Positions 23,281 to 34,798 of a stretch of 64,000 bases of DNA are shown in pieces. The stretch covers positions 248,001 through 312,000 of the forward strand of contig JAHDYR010000006.1 of assembly GCA_019828565.1 (NCBI GenBank), read 5' to 3'. A program made the translations under genes and the position numbers. Position 1 is the stretch's first letter, and each line of letters begins with the position of its first letter. The stretch comes from Carpediemonas membranifera BICM. Its lineage: Eukaryota > Protista > Fornicata. Under the pieces are notes generated by a model. It had not been told where the DNA came from. It saw only the letters and a program-made list of their open reading frames with translations, and made no database searches.

Positions 23281-24288
23281 ATGACGACGACGCCTGAGAA
23301 CGTTCACGAGCTGCTACAGAACGTAACGAGGCTGTCGCGCGAAGGAAAACATGTTCAAGCAAAGGTATTGGCTGTTGAAGCGGTCAAAATCCTTGGAGAA
23401 TCCAAGAACAGCAGCCTTGGTCTCGAAATGGCTGTTGCACGCCATAACCTCGCTGTTGAATACGAATTCTTGAAAGCGTATCATCAGGCTATATCAGAGT
23501 ACGATAAGATGGCGGCCATACTCGAACGGCACAAAAATATTGACGAGTCTGTCGCCGCCCAGCTCCTTTCAGCCCGCGAAGAGGCCAAGCGCGTGCACAT
23601 GGCAAAGATAACGTATACAGGAGCAGCTAGGAGGGTTCGTTCACCCGAGGTGGGCCTCAAACCCTCGACCTACGGGGTCAAGCGCGTGGTCGGATTCCAC
23701 GGCAACCAGCGCCGCAAGGTGAAACTGCCCAGTAGTCTGCCGAAACAACAAAAGGAAGTGAAGCCCCCGAGCACCACAGGCGATGCTGCCAAGCGCACCT
23801 TGACACCCCTTCAGGACTTCTTCGACTCCAACCCCACTCTAGCGAAGTTCAACCTGACCAAGCCCAGCCCGCTGCCGACTGGTAGGGAATTCACCTTCCC
23901 CATGGCCTCTGGTAGTTCGTATACGCCACAGGAATCATTTGATGTGACGATGCCACTCAGCGTGAGTCTGCCGAAGATCAAGATGTCCCCCACGAAGGCA
24001 GCAGGAACAAAGCCCTCCACTGACCGGAAGAGCAGGTTGACTAAGTCTGTGCTCCCCCCTATCGGCCTGCCCAACCAGCCGACCCCGCCCGGCGCCACTG
24101 TACTGAAGACCCCCCTGACTGATGACACCGACAGGTTTACCTGGACAACAACGATCACTGACATCGACGGGGGTAACGGGTCAAGTCCGGACAGGTTGAA
24201 CAGGCTGCCGGAGATCGGCGAGGTGAGCGCCATGGACTCGACTGAGGTGAGCTACAGCGACGTGTCGGACTCGGACTCGGGTGAGTGA
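23281..24288 (+). CDS. Hypothetical protein with a TPR-like N-terminus and P/S/T-rich tail
   Basis: 335-aa ORF; AVARHNLAVEYEFLKAYHQAISEY is TPR-like. Confidence 0.7.
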   Translation: MTTTPENVHELLQNVTRLSREGKHVQAKVLAVEAVKILGESKNSSLGLEMAVARHNLAVEYEFLKAYHQAISEYDKMAAILERHKNIDESVAAQLLSAREEAKRVHMAKITYTGAARRVRSPEVGLKPSTYGVKRVVGFHGNQRRKVKLPSSLPKQQKEVKPPSTTGDAAKRTLTPLQDFFDSNPTLAKFNLTKPSPLPTGREFTFPMASGSSYTPQESFDVTMPLSVSLPKIKMSPTKAAGTKPSTDRKSRLTKSVLPPIGLPNQPTPPGATVLKTPLTDDTDRFTWTTTITDIDGGNGSSPDRLNRLPEIGEVSAMDSTEVSYSDVSDSDSGE

Positions 24289-24441
24289 GTGAACTCGGGG
24301 TGCTGGTGGCAGTGTTGTTGCTGTGGAAGCCTCAGGGCTAATGAGAGGCAGCTGATACAATTAGTGGTTGTGCCTCTCTACCGCCGCCGCACCAAATTCG
24401 CAGATTAATTTACGACGCTAATAAATGCCACTAAACTGCCC

Positions 24442-26037
24442 CTACATAGCCACACACCGGGAGTCGCCGATGTCTCCGCCGCACTCGACGAGGTCGACCA
24501 CGCTCTCCTCCATGCCGGTGCAGAGCCAGTCTCCCTTGCCGACATACCCCTCGCTGTCCGAGGTCGAGCAGTCCTGCTCCACACGGGCCACACCATCCGC
24601 CATGGGTTTAGCAGAACCCGACTCGACAGTGGCCTTGGCCCCGTCATCGTCCGTGGCGTGTTTGTCGACGAGCTGGGCGATCGTGAACCCCGCCCTACCC
24701 TGCTCCACGCAGTAGTGGCGGTGCAGGTCCTCCCGCAGCATCATGACTTCCCGAGTCAACGCGGCGACTGTGATCGGGTCAGAGTCAGAGTCAGAGTCAG
24801 AGTCAGAGTCGGCCAGCACCACGGGCACGCCCCGGCCGGTGTGGTACGGCGGCGATCCCCCAGACATCAGCATGCTCCTCATGGGTGACGTCATGGCCTC
24901 GTAATCCTCATCCGTCTGGGAGGATGCGGGGCGGGTTACAGGCTTGGTTTGCGCCCGACGCTCAAGCTCTGCCGCCCGCTGCCGATGCCTGTCGCTCTCC
25001 AGCACCAGGCTGGCGAGTCTCTTTGACAGGCTCCGGCGTTCCGACTCGGCAGCCTTTGCCCGCTTAGTGGCGTACGAGGCGTCGCTGACGGCGACCATGA
25101 GCTGACCCTTGAGCGAGGCCACTTTCTTCTCCAGTCTGTGCATGCGCCAGCTAGTGAACCTGCTGGCGTCCTCGACCGTGGGTGCCGGGCCGGGCGTCGG
25201 GATGAGGTCGGGATTCCTCAGGGCGTCGGCGACGTCCTCGGGGGAGATATGAACGCGGTCGGGCAGCATGTCGTTCAGTGATGATCTCAGTGGCTGTAGT
25301 TCGTCCATAGCCACCTGGTCATGCACGAAACGGTCGATGAAAGCATACAGGTACGCCGCAACGGTGTGGGAGAGGGCAGCGGGTGACGTGTCCTGCTGGG
25401 GCGCACGGATGACAGAGTCTAGCATGCCTTGGAGGTGCCGGTTATCGTCCTCGAGACGGTCACACCGAGCTTGAAGTACCGATGTAGATATCCCGACGCC
25501 GGCGGGGTGGGTCGGCCCGACCACTGTTGCTGTCATTGAAGGGGTCCGCTCCAGCACATGGCCCGTCGGGAGTGAGATGGACCTGCTGCGAAGCTTGGTC
25601 GAGATGCTCGAGAAGGTCCTGGCGTGGCTCATGCGCGGGGTCGCCATCACAGAGGCAGTTTCAGCCATAGCTTCGTCGTCGTCGACGGAGTGGAAGTATA
25701 GGATAGACAATAGGCCGAGGATGGTCTGCATACGGCCACTAAGGACGTCTGCTGTGTCGATAGCGATGAGGGCGTCGTGCAACAGGGGCGAGGAGACAGA
25801 GTTGAAGATGCCATAGAGCGCCGCTGAGGTGTTCTCGTATGTATAAACACCAGGCTCTGGCTTATAGAAGCCCATAACGTCCAGGAGCTCGACATACACC
25901 GAAGTGTTGCTGAAATGCTCCACGAAGTTCTGAACGGTTAGATTTTCAAGCCGAGGGATGTCCCAGCTCCTAATCCACGAGACTACAGCATCCAGCTCAT
26001 CTGGCGCGAAGTCTGAGCCGGTGTCTTCGGGTTGCAT
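24442..26037 (-). CDS. Hypothetical protein with a possible calponin-homology-like N-terminus, coiled coil and (DS)n tract
   Basis: 531-aa ORF; VVSWI...F...YVELL...DVLSG...ILGLL resembles CH domains; (TCAGAG)n at ~24779-24810. Confidence 0.7.
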   Translation of the reverse strand: MQPEDTGSDFAPDELDAVVSWIRSWDIPRLENLTVQNFVEHFSNTSVYVELLDVMGFYKPEPGVYTYENTSAALYGIFNSVSSPLLHDALIAIDTADVLSGRMQTILGLLSILYFHSVDDDEAMAETASVMATPRMSHARTFSSISTKLRSRSISLPTGHVLERTPSMTATVVGPTHPAGVGISTSVLQARCDRLEDDNRHLQGMLDSVIRAPQQDTSPAALSHTVAAYLYAFIDRFVHDQVAMDELQPLRSSLNDMLPDRVHISPEDVADALRNPDLIPTPGPAPTVEDASRFTSWRMHRLEKKVASLKGQLMVAVSDASYATKRAKAAESERRSLSKRLASLVLESDRHRQRAAELERRAQTKPVTRPASSQTDEDYEAMTSPMRSMLMSGGSPPYHTGRGVPVVLADSDSDSDSDSDPITVAALTREVMMLREDLHRHYCVEQGRAGFTIAQLVDKHATDDDGAKATVESGSAKPMADGVARVEQDCSTSDSEGYVGKGDWLCTGMEESVVDLVECGGDIGDSRCVAM

Positions 26038-26186
26038 GCTGTCGCAGTCGCCGGGGCAAGATTCAATCGATGACTGATCTTGACGTCACATGGGTGTGGA
26101 AGACTGCCGCGAGGCGCGATGGAGACCCTCAGGTGGGGTGTGCCGTAGGGCCACTCAATTTTTCCAAATGATGAGCACAGGACAGG

Positions 26187-27689
26187 ATGGCGTCGTTTCA
26201 CGTGTTCCCTTTGACAGGGCATGGTGGGATACCAGCAAGCGAGTCACCAACCATATCCATGGCCATTGGTGACGTTCAGCTGGTATCAAATCCTCGTCTC
26301 CTCTCGCTATACCGCGTTTGCATCTCTCTCACTGGAAAGGACAACGCTAACACGCTTCTCGCCTCATCAGAGCCATATAAGTACATCCACGTATCCATCT
26401 ATCGGGCTAGTGCCTTCGTAGCCTTCATCATCCACCCAATAACCTTCATCCCGGCCCTCGACCTCGCTCAGTCCATCATCAACGCCGCAGAGCACATGGC
26501 ACGCGGCACATGCATGGCTATACTCACCGTGTTGCGTCAGGAGTGCGGCGACATGCTCGTTCGAGCCCCCAGCGGTATCGTCGGCCCCATTGCCCGCCCC
26601 CTCCTCAAGAGCCTCTCCGCAGCTTTCACCAAGGCGCCGCTGTCCCTAGCCTCGGTGTCAGCAGCCCACGCTATGCTCCCAGGCCGACTAAGCGTCCCCT
26701 GCGCTGAGTCCGTGTCAACACTGATCCACAGTGTCACAAACCCCTTCGCACTCGCCCGAGATCCCGCGGTTACTGGATACCACGATCCACACTGCCTTGT
26801 TGCCGGGTTCGTGGCCTACCGGGACGCGGTTATCTGGGAAACCGGCCGTCCGGAGGTGCTGGCCCCCATGCATGTGTCGTGGCTCACCACAACCGCCCCC
26901 AGCCTGATATCCACCGCTAGGGTCAGTACACGCGACACATTTGTACCAGATGCGGGCGACGTGGCCCCTGTATGGAACGCCCAGCTCCTCTCGGCCCTGG
27001 CTCGACTCTCGGCCGCCGAGCAACAGCGTCCACTGCCCGATGGCCACGGGTCCGCTGGTGTCGACATGGGAAGGGCGCTTCAGGGCACACTGGAGCGGCT
27101 CGAGGCGTCATTCCGGGCAGAGGGTGACCCAGACCCCCTGGAGGATGTGCTGGCGTTAGTTTACGAGACCGAGGACGTCAAGGGGCGGGTGCTGCCCGCT
27201 ACTCTTGTTACTGGCAAATTAGGAGAGATTTACATAAGTCTCATGTATATTCGTAACATACAAGATCCTGGAGACCCGCTGCTTTCCGAGAGGGCGCACA
27301 CCCTTCTCTATAGCCTCGTCGATGACGCCGTCAGCGCCAGCATCGAGGAGAAGATCGGGGCTGTGACCACACCGTCCTCGCTAGGCCCCATCACCTCGTA
27401 TGTGGCATTGGACACCGCGACGGGTCGGGTGTACAGCACCTGTCTCGGGGTGTTGGCCGACGGGGGAGTCGACCCGCTCGGGCCGACAGTTTACCATCCC
27501 AGGGGGTGCAGTTTACTGCACTACCTCTGGTCTGACGGCCAGGCTGAGGCCAAGGAGGTCAAGGAGGGCGGTGGGGATTCGATTGTGACGTTTGGTCGGG
27601 CGGGCAAAATGGTTGTTGCCGGGAGGGGAACGCTGCCTGTAACTGCCCACAACATGTGCACCATGGTCTGCAATATGATCGAAGGATGA
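26187..27689 (+). CDS. Hypothetical protein (500 aa)
   Basis: Long ATG-started ORF with no recognised motif. Confidence 0.7.
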   Translation: MASFHVFPLTGHGGIPASESPTISMAIGDVQLVSNPRLLSLYRVCISLTGKDNANTLLASSEPYKYIHVSIYRASAFVAFIIHPITFIPALDLAQSIINAAEHMARGTCMAILTVLRQECGDMLVRAPSGIVGPIARPLLKSLSAAFTKAPLSLASVSAAHAMLPGRLSVPCAESVSTLIHSVTNPFALARDPAVTGYHDPHCLVAGFVAYRDAVIWETGRPEVLAPMHVSWLTTTAPSLISTARVSTRDTFVPDAGDVAPVWNAQLLSALARLSAAEQQRPLPDGHGSAGVDMGRALQGTLERLEASFRAEGDPDPLEDVLALVYETEDVKGRVLPATLVTGKLGEIYISLMYIRNIQDPGDPLLSERAHTLLYSLVDDAVSASIEEKIGAVTTPSSLGPITSYVALDTATGRVYSTCLGVLADGGVDPLGPTVYHPRGCSLLHYLWSDGQAEAKEVKEGGGDSIVTFGRAGKMVVAGRGTLPVTAHNMCTMVCNMIEG

Positions 27690-27786
27690 CAGTGTTACAA
27701 TAGCTTGCATAAATAGACGTTTCTAGATATTTAATCGACATTTAAGACGGCAAAACTGCCGCGCGCGCTTTTTCCATAAGCGCGCC

Positions 27787-28478
27787 ATGATCGTTATCTG
27801 CCTAGAGGGAGCCCACGGCGTTGGAAAGAGCAGTATGTTGCCGTTTATCGTTTTACAACAGCCGTTATTGAACAACTTCAGAAGCTCGGCGTTAATGTCC
27901 TCGACGAGGCCTTCATCGGCATGCCCTCGTACAACATTCACCCCCAATCGCTCTGCATGGAGTCCATCTGGCTTTCACATTGGTTCGAGCGCCTATTGAA
28001 GCTCCAACAAACGAATCCCGATGATCTCTTCGTCTGCGATCGCTCTCCATACTGCGCCGAGCTTTATACCGCCAAAGGACGTTACGGTGCCGTCCTCGAG
28101 CCCTTCATCCGGGCCCAGATTGAGGAGCTCAAGGCCTCTGCGGGCATTGAGATCTACACTGTGAACATCACCGTCGAGCGGCAGACGCTTTGGGACCGCA
28201 TCCAGGCCCGCCTCGCCCTGGAGCCCCATCGCCAGCAGTTCAACGAGGACTCGTACGAGTGGCTGACGACCGTGCTCGACTGGTACGAGGCCCACCGGTG
28301 GGACTTCAGCGTCGAGAACTCGCGGAGTCAGAGCGATAAGGCCGACGCGGTGATGGATGTGATCAAAGGGATGCTCGGGCAGATCCACAAGAGCGTGCCT
28401 GCATTCCGGGCGTACGCAGCCTCTCCTGAGTGCCGTATCGAGTGGCGCGAGAAGAATGGCATCCAGTTCCGGTTGTAG
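27787..28478 (+). CDS. P-loop nucleoside/thymidylate kinase-like protein; 29-nt intron at 27833-27861
   Basis: Splicing GTATGT...CAACAG gives MIVICLEGAHGVGKST (Walker A) in frame with the downstream ORF containing VCDRSPY. Confidence 0.85.
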
Positions 28479-28592
28479 TAAGAGAGGTATTGAATAGTTG
28501 TAAATGCACGCATGATCGCGTGGCTTACTCGCTAGTATAGTAGTCATGAACCCGACCCGGATGAGATATTTATAGCCTGCCGCCATGGCCTG

Positions 28593-31500
28593 CTACGCGT
28601 CGTAAGTCAGCGTGGTCGTGCCGTTGCCGCGCATCAGCATGCTGGGCTTGCCCTCCCTGATGAGCTGCTGCATCCAGGCCATCAGCACGTTCACGGGCAC
28701 GTCCAGCTTGGGCACGGGAGTCGAGACCACCGTCAGCTCGGCGTCCCCGGACATCTCCCGGATGACACGGCCCAGCCGCACGAACCGGAGCGTCTTGTCC
28801 CTCAAGACGGGCGGGATTGGGATGTCCTCGAGCACGGAGACGCTCTCGGCGGTCAACCCGTCGAGGGAGACGGGGGCGGGGGCGGGGGTCGGCCCGGGGA
28901 TGGGCGGGGAGACGTCGCTGGCACTGTCGGAGTCGGCGCCGGTCGACTCGCCCTCCGTCTCGGTCTGTAGCCCGGCCTCTGCGACAATGACGTCGACCTC
29001 CTCTGCCTGACCAGCCTCGAGCTCCCACCGGTCGAACACCTCGGTCAGGTTGGGGACAGTCGACAGGCTTGGCTTGGACGCGTGGCCGGCCATTGACATC
29101 GACGGGTGCATCGTGATGGACGACGCGTGCACCGTAAAGAGGCTCTGGATGTGCGAGTACGCGCTAATCGTGTGCTTGGCGTCCGCGGCGTGTACTGTCT
29201 GCTGCATCTCGATACGCTCCTCGATCGAGTCGGGCATGCCGTGGGTCAGGAAGCCCTCGGGGATGACCACAACCTCCGCCTTCATCCGGAAGTCGGACAT
29301 GAGCCGCTCCATGCGGGCCTTGTGCTCCTTGGCGTTGTCCTCGTTCGCCGTGGTGAAGACGCGCAGCTTGCACGACGACCAGGCGGGGTTCTTGCTCAGC
29401 AGGTGCGGCAGCAGCACGGTCAACCCGCCGTCGTCGGCCAGCCAGTAGACGTCGATTGTCCCGCGGTGGTGTCTGGCGGCCTTGGTGAACTTGGCCACAG
29501 GGCCATCGCCGGCCTCGGTCTTGATGACGTCGCGGAGGTTGGCGATCGACCGGACCGTGATGGCCGCGTCACCCTGGAGCCGCTTGAGCATGGATGCGGT
29601 GTCGGGGTTGGGTACGGCGGACGGCTTGACGTCGAGGTCGAAGTTCTCGATGATGACCACGCCCTTGTTGAGGGCACACGCCTCCCTGAGCACCGTGATG
29701 AACCGCTCGCCCTTGGCCGAGTCGCTAGGCCAGCGGGTTGGGTAGCCCATGACAACTGTGTCTGGCCGCAGCCGGCCCAGGCCCGAGGTGAGCATCAGGT
29801 GGCGTGCGCCCCGGGGGAAGGTCGTGGACGTCGTGGCGTCATAAAATGCGGTGATGTTTCTCTCGTCGAGGAACTCCCGGCCCCGCTCCCGTTCGTGCAC
29901 GAGGAGGTTGATCTGGCGGTCCTCGTCTGCCTTGACGATGACGTTGCCGACGACGACGATGCCCTTGGCCGCTGCCAGCTGATGTGCGAACCGGAGGAGG
30001 TGGGGCCGCTTGCCGAGCTTGCCGACGAGCACCAGGCACTGCGGACGGTAGTTCTTGACGTGGAGCTCGGTCCTGTCGAGCTTCAGGGCGGACTGGAGCG
30101 CGGTCGCGTAGAGGTTGGCCTGTGCGGCGTCGCCCCAGTTGACGTTGGGCGGACGCCAGTGGATGTATCCGAACACCACGAGGCACACCACGACGGACAG
30201 GGCAGCGTTGAACCAGTCCATCATGAACATGATGACGACGCAGAGGACCGTCGCCAGGAGGGCCAGCCAGCGGTTGTACAGGCGGAACGAGGGCCTCCAG
30301 CCGGGGCTTCCCGTCATGCTCGTGGCGAAGCAGGCGTAGTTGATGGCGCCGTACGAGATGAGGAAGAAGTTGGAGATGACGGGGGCGACGAGGTCGAGGT
30401 TGTTGACCATGATGGACCCCAGGGCGATGGCGAAGGTCAGCAGGTACGCCCGGTGCGGCTCGTTCTTCTTGCCGTGGCCCGTGCCCATGAACCGGAGCCA
30501 GGGAAAGAGGTTGTCGTCGCACAGGCGCTGGAGGATGCGGGGTGCCCCGACGAACGACGCCAGGGCCGACGAGAGGGTGGCCGCGAACACGCCGACGTAG
30601 AAGATGGGCTTCCATATGGTGATGCTGGCCATGACGAGCTTGTAGTTGACCAGACCCTCGTTGGAGGCGGCCGTCCGGGACACCGTGGCGGCCAGGGCGA
30701 ACGCCATCAGCAGGTACACCGCGGTCGAGGTGAAGATCGCGTGGAGAGTGCCCTTGGGGATGGCGACAGACGGGTTCTTGAGGTCACCCGAGATGTTGGC
30801 GCCGGCCATGATGCCGGTGCAGGCGGGGAAGAAGATCGCGAAGACCGTGAAGAGGTTCTCGCCACTGTTGCCGTTGGAGGAGAAGGACGACGGCAAGTTG
30901 TCGACCAGCGTGTCCAGCGAGAAGCCAGTGATGCCGTTGGTGTCCCTGCCGAGCAGCTTGATGAAGGGAATCCCGGCGAAGAAGCCGACGATCGAGAGGA
31001 GGAGCAGGGCGAGCAGGAACATGTCGAGCTTGATGACCCACCCGACGCCGATGAAGCAGACGACGAGGATGACGACGGCGACGACAGAGGAGACGAGGCG
31101 GCCGTCGACCTGGCTGTGGAGGACGGGGCCCGAGACGAAGCTGTACAGCATCTCCAGGAAGCTCTCGGTGAAGCCGATGACGTACATGGCCACAGCGACG
31201 GCGTTGGCGATGAAGAAGACGACGCCGATGACACCGCCGTACGTCGGGCCCAGCGTGCGGCTGATGAGGTAGTACACGCCGCCGCCCTTCACCGCGCCGT
31301 TGGTGCTGATGGCTGAGAGGCTGAGGGCTGTCAGGAAGGTCACAGAAACCGAGGAGATGATTACGAGGAGGGCCAGGGGCAGCCCGGCCGTCCCGACGAC
31401 CCAGCCGAGACGGAGGAACATGATCACACCCCAGATGTTGAGCAGGCACCGGCCCATTACGCCAGTGAACCAGCCGAAGCCCTGGGGCTTCTGTTTCTTC

Positions 31501-31748
31501 AGCTTCTTGGGTTTCGCCTGCTCCGGTTCATTGTCTGTTCCATCGGGCGCTTCACCGTCGTTTGGAACCTCGAACGAGAGCTCATTCACGTCTTCATGCG
31601 ATACCTGGCCGTCGATCTCCATTGTTGACACGAGCTCGTGCAGATTGACCCTGTTCTCGGCGTCCTGCGCGTACATCAGGGTTTGAGCAGGCGCCGGCTC
31701 TGAGGCGAACATATGTGAGCTAGCAATTGGCGCATCTTCTTCTGTCAT
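28593..31748 (-). CDS. SLC12 cation-chloride cotransporter
   Basis: FGWFTGV..RCLLNIWGVIMFLRLGWVVG, FFPACTGIMAGANISGDLK.P, KNYRPQ, GLGRLRP, IDVYWLADDGGLT and RGN motifs. The start is taken at MTEEDA. Confidence 0.96.
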   Translation of the reverse strand: MTEEDAPIASSHMFASEPAPAQTLMYAQDAENRVNLHELVSTMEIDGQVSHEDVNELSFEVPNDGEAPDGTDNEPEQAKPKKLKKQKPQGFGWFTGVMGRCLLNIWGVIMFLRLGWVVGTAGLPLALLVIISSVSVTFLTALSLSAISTNGAVKGGGVYYLISRTLGPTYGGVIGVVFFIANAVAVAMYVIGFTESFLEMLYSFVSGPVLHSQVDGRLVSSVVAVVILVVCFIGVGWVIKLDMFLLALLLLSIVGFFAGIPFIKLLGRDTNGITGFSLDTLVDNLPSSFSSNGNSGENLFTVFAIFFPACTGIMAGANISGDLKNPSVAIPKGTLHAIFTSTAVYLLMAFALAATVSRTAASNEGLVNYKLVMASITIWKPIFYVGVFAATLSSALASFVGAPRILQRLCDDNLFPWLRFMGTGHGKKNEPHRAYLLTFAIALGSIMVNNLDLVAPVISNFFLISYGAINYACFATSMTGSPGWRPSFRLYNRWLALLATVLCVVIMFMMDWFNAALSVVVCLVVFGYIHWRPPNVNWGDAAQANLYATALQSALKLDRTELHVKNYRPQCLVLVGKLGKRPHLLRFAHQLAAAKGIVVVGNVIVKADEDRQINLLVHERERGREFLDERNITAFYDATTSTTFPRGARHLMLTSGLGRLRPDTVVMGYPTRWPSDSAKGERFITVLREACALNKGVVIIENFDLDVKPSAVPNPDTASMLKRLQGDAAITVRSIANLRDVIKTEAGDGPVAKFTKAARHHRGTIDVYWLADDGGLTVLLPHLLSKNPAWSSCKLRVFTTANEDNAKEHKARMERLMSDFRMKAEVVVIPEGFLTHGMPDSIEERIEMQQTVHAADAKHTISAYSHIQSLFTVHASSITMHPSMSMAGHASKPSLSTVPNLTEVFDRWELEAGQAEEVDVIVAEAGLQTETEGESTGADSDSASDVSPPIPGPTPAPAPVSLDGLTAESVSVLEDIPIPPVLRDKTLRFVRLGRVIREMSGDAELTVVSTPVPKLDVPVNVLMAWMQQLIREGKPSMLMRGNGTTTLTYDA

Positions 31749-33210
31749 TAAACCAAAGGATTTGGTTGTCCTGTTTGGCGCTCGGGTTGAATTGCGGTGC
31801 AGTTTATGCCCCAATCGAGAACCTTATTTAGTCCGCCCTGATGGCACTGGAGCCCGGAACTGGTCCCAGTGTATATCGCAGGTGATGCTGACAAAACGAG
31901 AAAATGATTGTCAGGCGGACACTTTCAGTTGTCTGATATCAGAAGACGACGCTCATAATGACAATGCATGAAGCGCGCCAAAAAGCAAGCGTTCGCATCA
32001 TTCCACTGACGCCGCACGCGCTGCACCCAGGAGGTCGGTTCTCGGTCATCGACTGAGCATCGCTGACTGTGGTCGGCATTAATGTCGACGCACCAACGGC
32101 GATAACCCGCGTCAACGGTGTGTTCAAACTCACGCTGAACCCAGTCGAGTCGATTCTGTCCACAGACTGCCTTGACCATGACGGGCCCACCCTGAAGGGG
32201 CGTGAAAAGATCATCAGCTTCGTGATGAGAGACGCACTCGCATGCCCGTGGTTCTGAAAACTGCGTCACGTGCCCTCTACCCGCTCTGGACGATGAATGC
32301 ATGTGGACGTCCGCGACTGTACATGCGTATGACATGCCAGCTTGGTCCACAGACAAGCGGGGTGCGGTCAGGGAGGCGAAGGGCCATTGATATCTTCTAG
32401 TACTGACCCCAAGATTCGGCGAGAATCTGGGATATGACAAGATTTGCTCCCATATCCATTGGCGCAAGAGATGTGAAATGTCAGGCAGTCAGGAGAGGCT
32501 TACAGGATTCTGGTAGGTGTAGCTCAATATCAACGTTTACTAGGAGTTACGTCAGCATCACGCCAGATATCATGTGGGGATCATAGGCAATGTTGCGAAT
32601 GTTATCACGATTCTTGTCATGGCCGAAACCATCTGATTGCACAGAAACATCGGGGGTTTCTACAGAGTCTGTTGAACAGAGCATAGCGGCGCCACGTAGA
32701 CCACGCATGTTTTTCGAGAAGAGTCAAGTTTGTGGCCACGATTTCTGGAGTCAGATCGACTCGGCCCCATGGAAGACGGACGGAAGACGGTATTCGAGAT
32801 CATGCAACTGTAGCGAGTCGGGCATTGCGGCGGCTGTCTGTTATTGGAGCATTTTGTTCACATCGTGATCACATGATCATATGATCACAATCGATCACGG
32901 GAAGTTCCAAGCCCAGCAACACGGATGTTAACAATCAGCACCTCAACGGCAGAACTGCTGCCCGCCGGAGTGGGTGTGCCAGTGGGTGCGTGCACCGGGT
33001 GTGAAGGGGGCGTGGCAGACCTCGTGTCGAAGTGCCGTCCTTGTCCGGGCGAAGCACGTCTGTGGGGTTGAAAAGTCAGTTCGACTCGCAACATGGTGGG
33101 AATCGCATGACCGCTATCACGCCATTCCTGCGGTCGCCCGGTTCGCGGTCTAGTTCCTGGCAACACCGCTGACTCCTGCTCAGAGACGTTCATGACATTA
33201 AACGTGTGTT

Positions 33211-33819
33211 TTAAACCTTATCGGTGCTCTCCAGTCCCATGTCAACGAAGACCTTCTTCAGATGTTTGACGACAGGTGAGAACTCGGCGAGCAGGGCACC
33301 GACCTCGCCCTTGGGGTCACACTCAGCCCGGCCGGCCACGATCTTCTCGTGCAGAGTGGCGCGCTTCGGGACTGCGCCCATGCCGGCGCCGAATACCTTG
33401 CGGACGACGAACCCGTGGTATGGCTTGAGTACGGCCTCGTAAGTCGCCTTGGCGTGGTCGCCCATCTCACCTCCAGCCTCGTCCAGATAGCCCTTGAGGA
33501 GGCCCTCGAGGAACTCCATGCCGCGGCGGAGCCACAGGAGGGAGACGGGGGCGAGGGCGTCGTTTTTCTTGTCGTTGACGTCTCTGGCGAGCATGGCTTC
33601 GAGGCTTGGAGCGGGATTCGCCTCCATCTCCTTCCGGAGCTTCTTCATGTTGCCCTCGAAGTCCATCTTGAGGGGCTTGAAGGTAACGTTGCCGATCATG
33701 TCGAAGAAAGCCAGAAAAGGCTCAACAGCGGTGAGGAAGGAAGTAATTTCGATCTCATCGCCATTGCGCTCAATGCCTTGGAACTTCTCGGTGATAGATG
33801 CGATAATGGAGGCCGTCAT
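33211..33819 (-). CDS. GLTP: Glycolipid transfer protein family
   Basis: FFDMIG..F..LK.DFEGN..KL, LLWLRRGMEF and YEAVLKPYHG..VRKVF motifs. Confidence 0.9.
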   Translation of the reverse strand: MTASIIASITEKFQGIERNGDEIEITSFLTAVEPFLAFFDMIGNVTFKPLKMDFEGNMKKLRKEMEANPAPSLEAMLARDVNDKKNDALAPVSLLWLRRGMEFLEGLLKGYLDEAGGEMGDHAKATYEAVLKPYHGFVVRKVFGAGMGAVPKRATLHEKIVAGRAECDPKGEVGALLAEFSPVVKHLKKVFVDMGLESTDKV

Positions 33820-33968
33820 TTGCCGTCTGCAAAAGCAAACTCCTGGACTCGGAAATTTCAACGCCCACCAGCCAACCCGCGACTGGTAGTACGAGCGTTC
33901 TGGGCTGGCCGGCGGGTCTGGGCTGGTCACCGAGTCAGAGTCCAGTCAATATTGAATTTTCCCAACAA

Positions 33969-34574
33969 ATGACGCTTCTCGAAGCAACCAAAGCAGTTCA
34001 GGTTCCCGCGGGAACGCCTGCGCCTGAAACAGCCATTGATCCGACAGAAGGTTCCAAGATTGACCAGATCCGTGCCGGATTCCGCATTAACTCCATGCAA
34101 ATGGCCGATGCGACGCCCGGAAGGCCAGTTGAGGTGATGTGGGTGGACGATAAGTGGGATTCCTTCATTGTAGACCCATCATTCCGCAAGACTGCCGTCA
34201 TCACTCGGCGTTTGTTCGATGCCGCCTTTGTTCACCGCGAGACGACCTTCTCCTCGAAGGAGGAGATGCACAACTTCAGAATCCACCAGCGCCTGCTCCT
34301 CATGGGACAGGAGGTCGAGCACTGGTACTTTGAATTCGGTTCGTCCCCGCCGCCACCCTCACCCAGGCTTCGTGATCCCCAACAGCACCAACACATGGCA
34401 AAACGGTATGCCCACGCCACTCATACTAACACAGTGATTGAGGCAGCAGGTCCAGGGAAGATGATCCCGCCCGAGGTGCTCCACGGCAACCTCTGCGTGG
34501 AGACACTATTCTGTGAGGGCGAGGAGATCATCGGCAAGGCCACAGTAGACATCCTCATCGAGGAGCTCCAGTAG
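33969..34574 (+). CDS. PDE6D: PDE6-delta (prenyl-binding protein) family; introns at 34339-34366 (28 nt) and 34406-34434 (29 nt)
   Basis: Splicing restores [32 protein letters not shown].NFR motif present; intron 2 has a TACTAAC branch point. Confidence 0.9.
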   Translation: MTLLEATKAVQVPAGTPAPETAIDPTEGSKIDQIRAGFRINSMQMADATPGRPVEVMWVDDKWDSFIVDPSFRKTAVITRRLFDAAFVHRETTFSSKEEMHNFRIHQRLLLMGQEVEHWYFEFGSSPPPPSPRLRDPQQHQHMAKRYAHATHTNTVIEAAGPGKMIPPEVLHGNLCVETLFCEGEEIIGKATVDILIEELQ

Positions 34575-34798
34575 AGGGTGCTTTTGTAAAGCTTCCTGTT
34601 CGGCCATTGGTGGCCCGGCTGTCCCTGGAATGTGCAACACATGCATATGAACGATGGCGCCCCTGTTTTCTTTGGGCGGCCAGCCTCTTGGGCTATACTC
34701 CCGATCAAGAGATCTTTGATCTCGGATGTGGGATCTAGGGCATCTCAAACTTTTCTCCCGATCTCGCAAGTCTTGGAGACGAAACACTCGGCATCGTC

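Noticed and set aside
29106-31316. 736-aa plus-strand ORF
   Set aside because: It is an antisense shadow of the GC3-rich SLC12 gene, with no protein-like motifs.
31925-33193. Short ORFs between SLC12 and GLTP
   Set aside because: No recognisable motifs or convincing coding bias.
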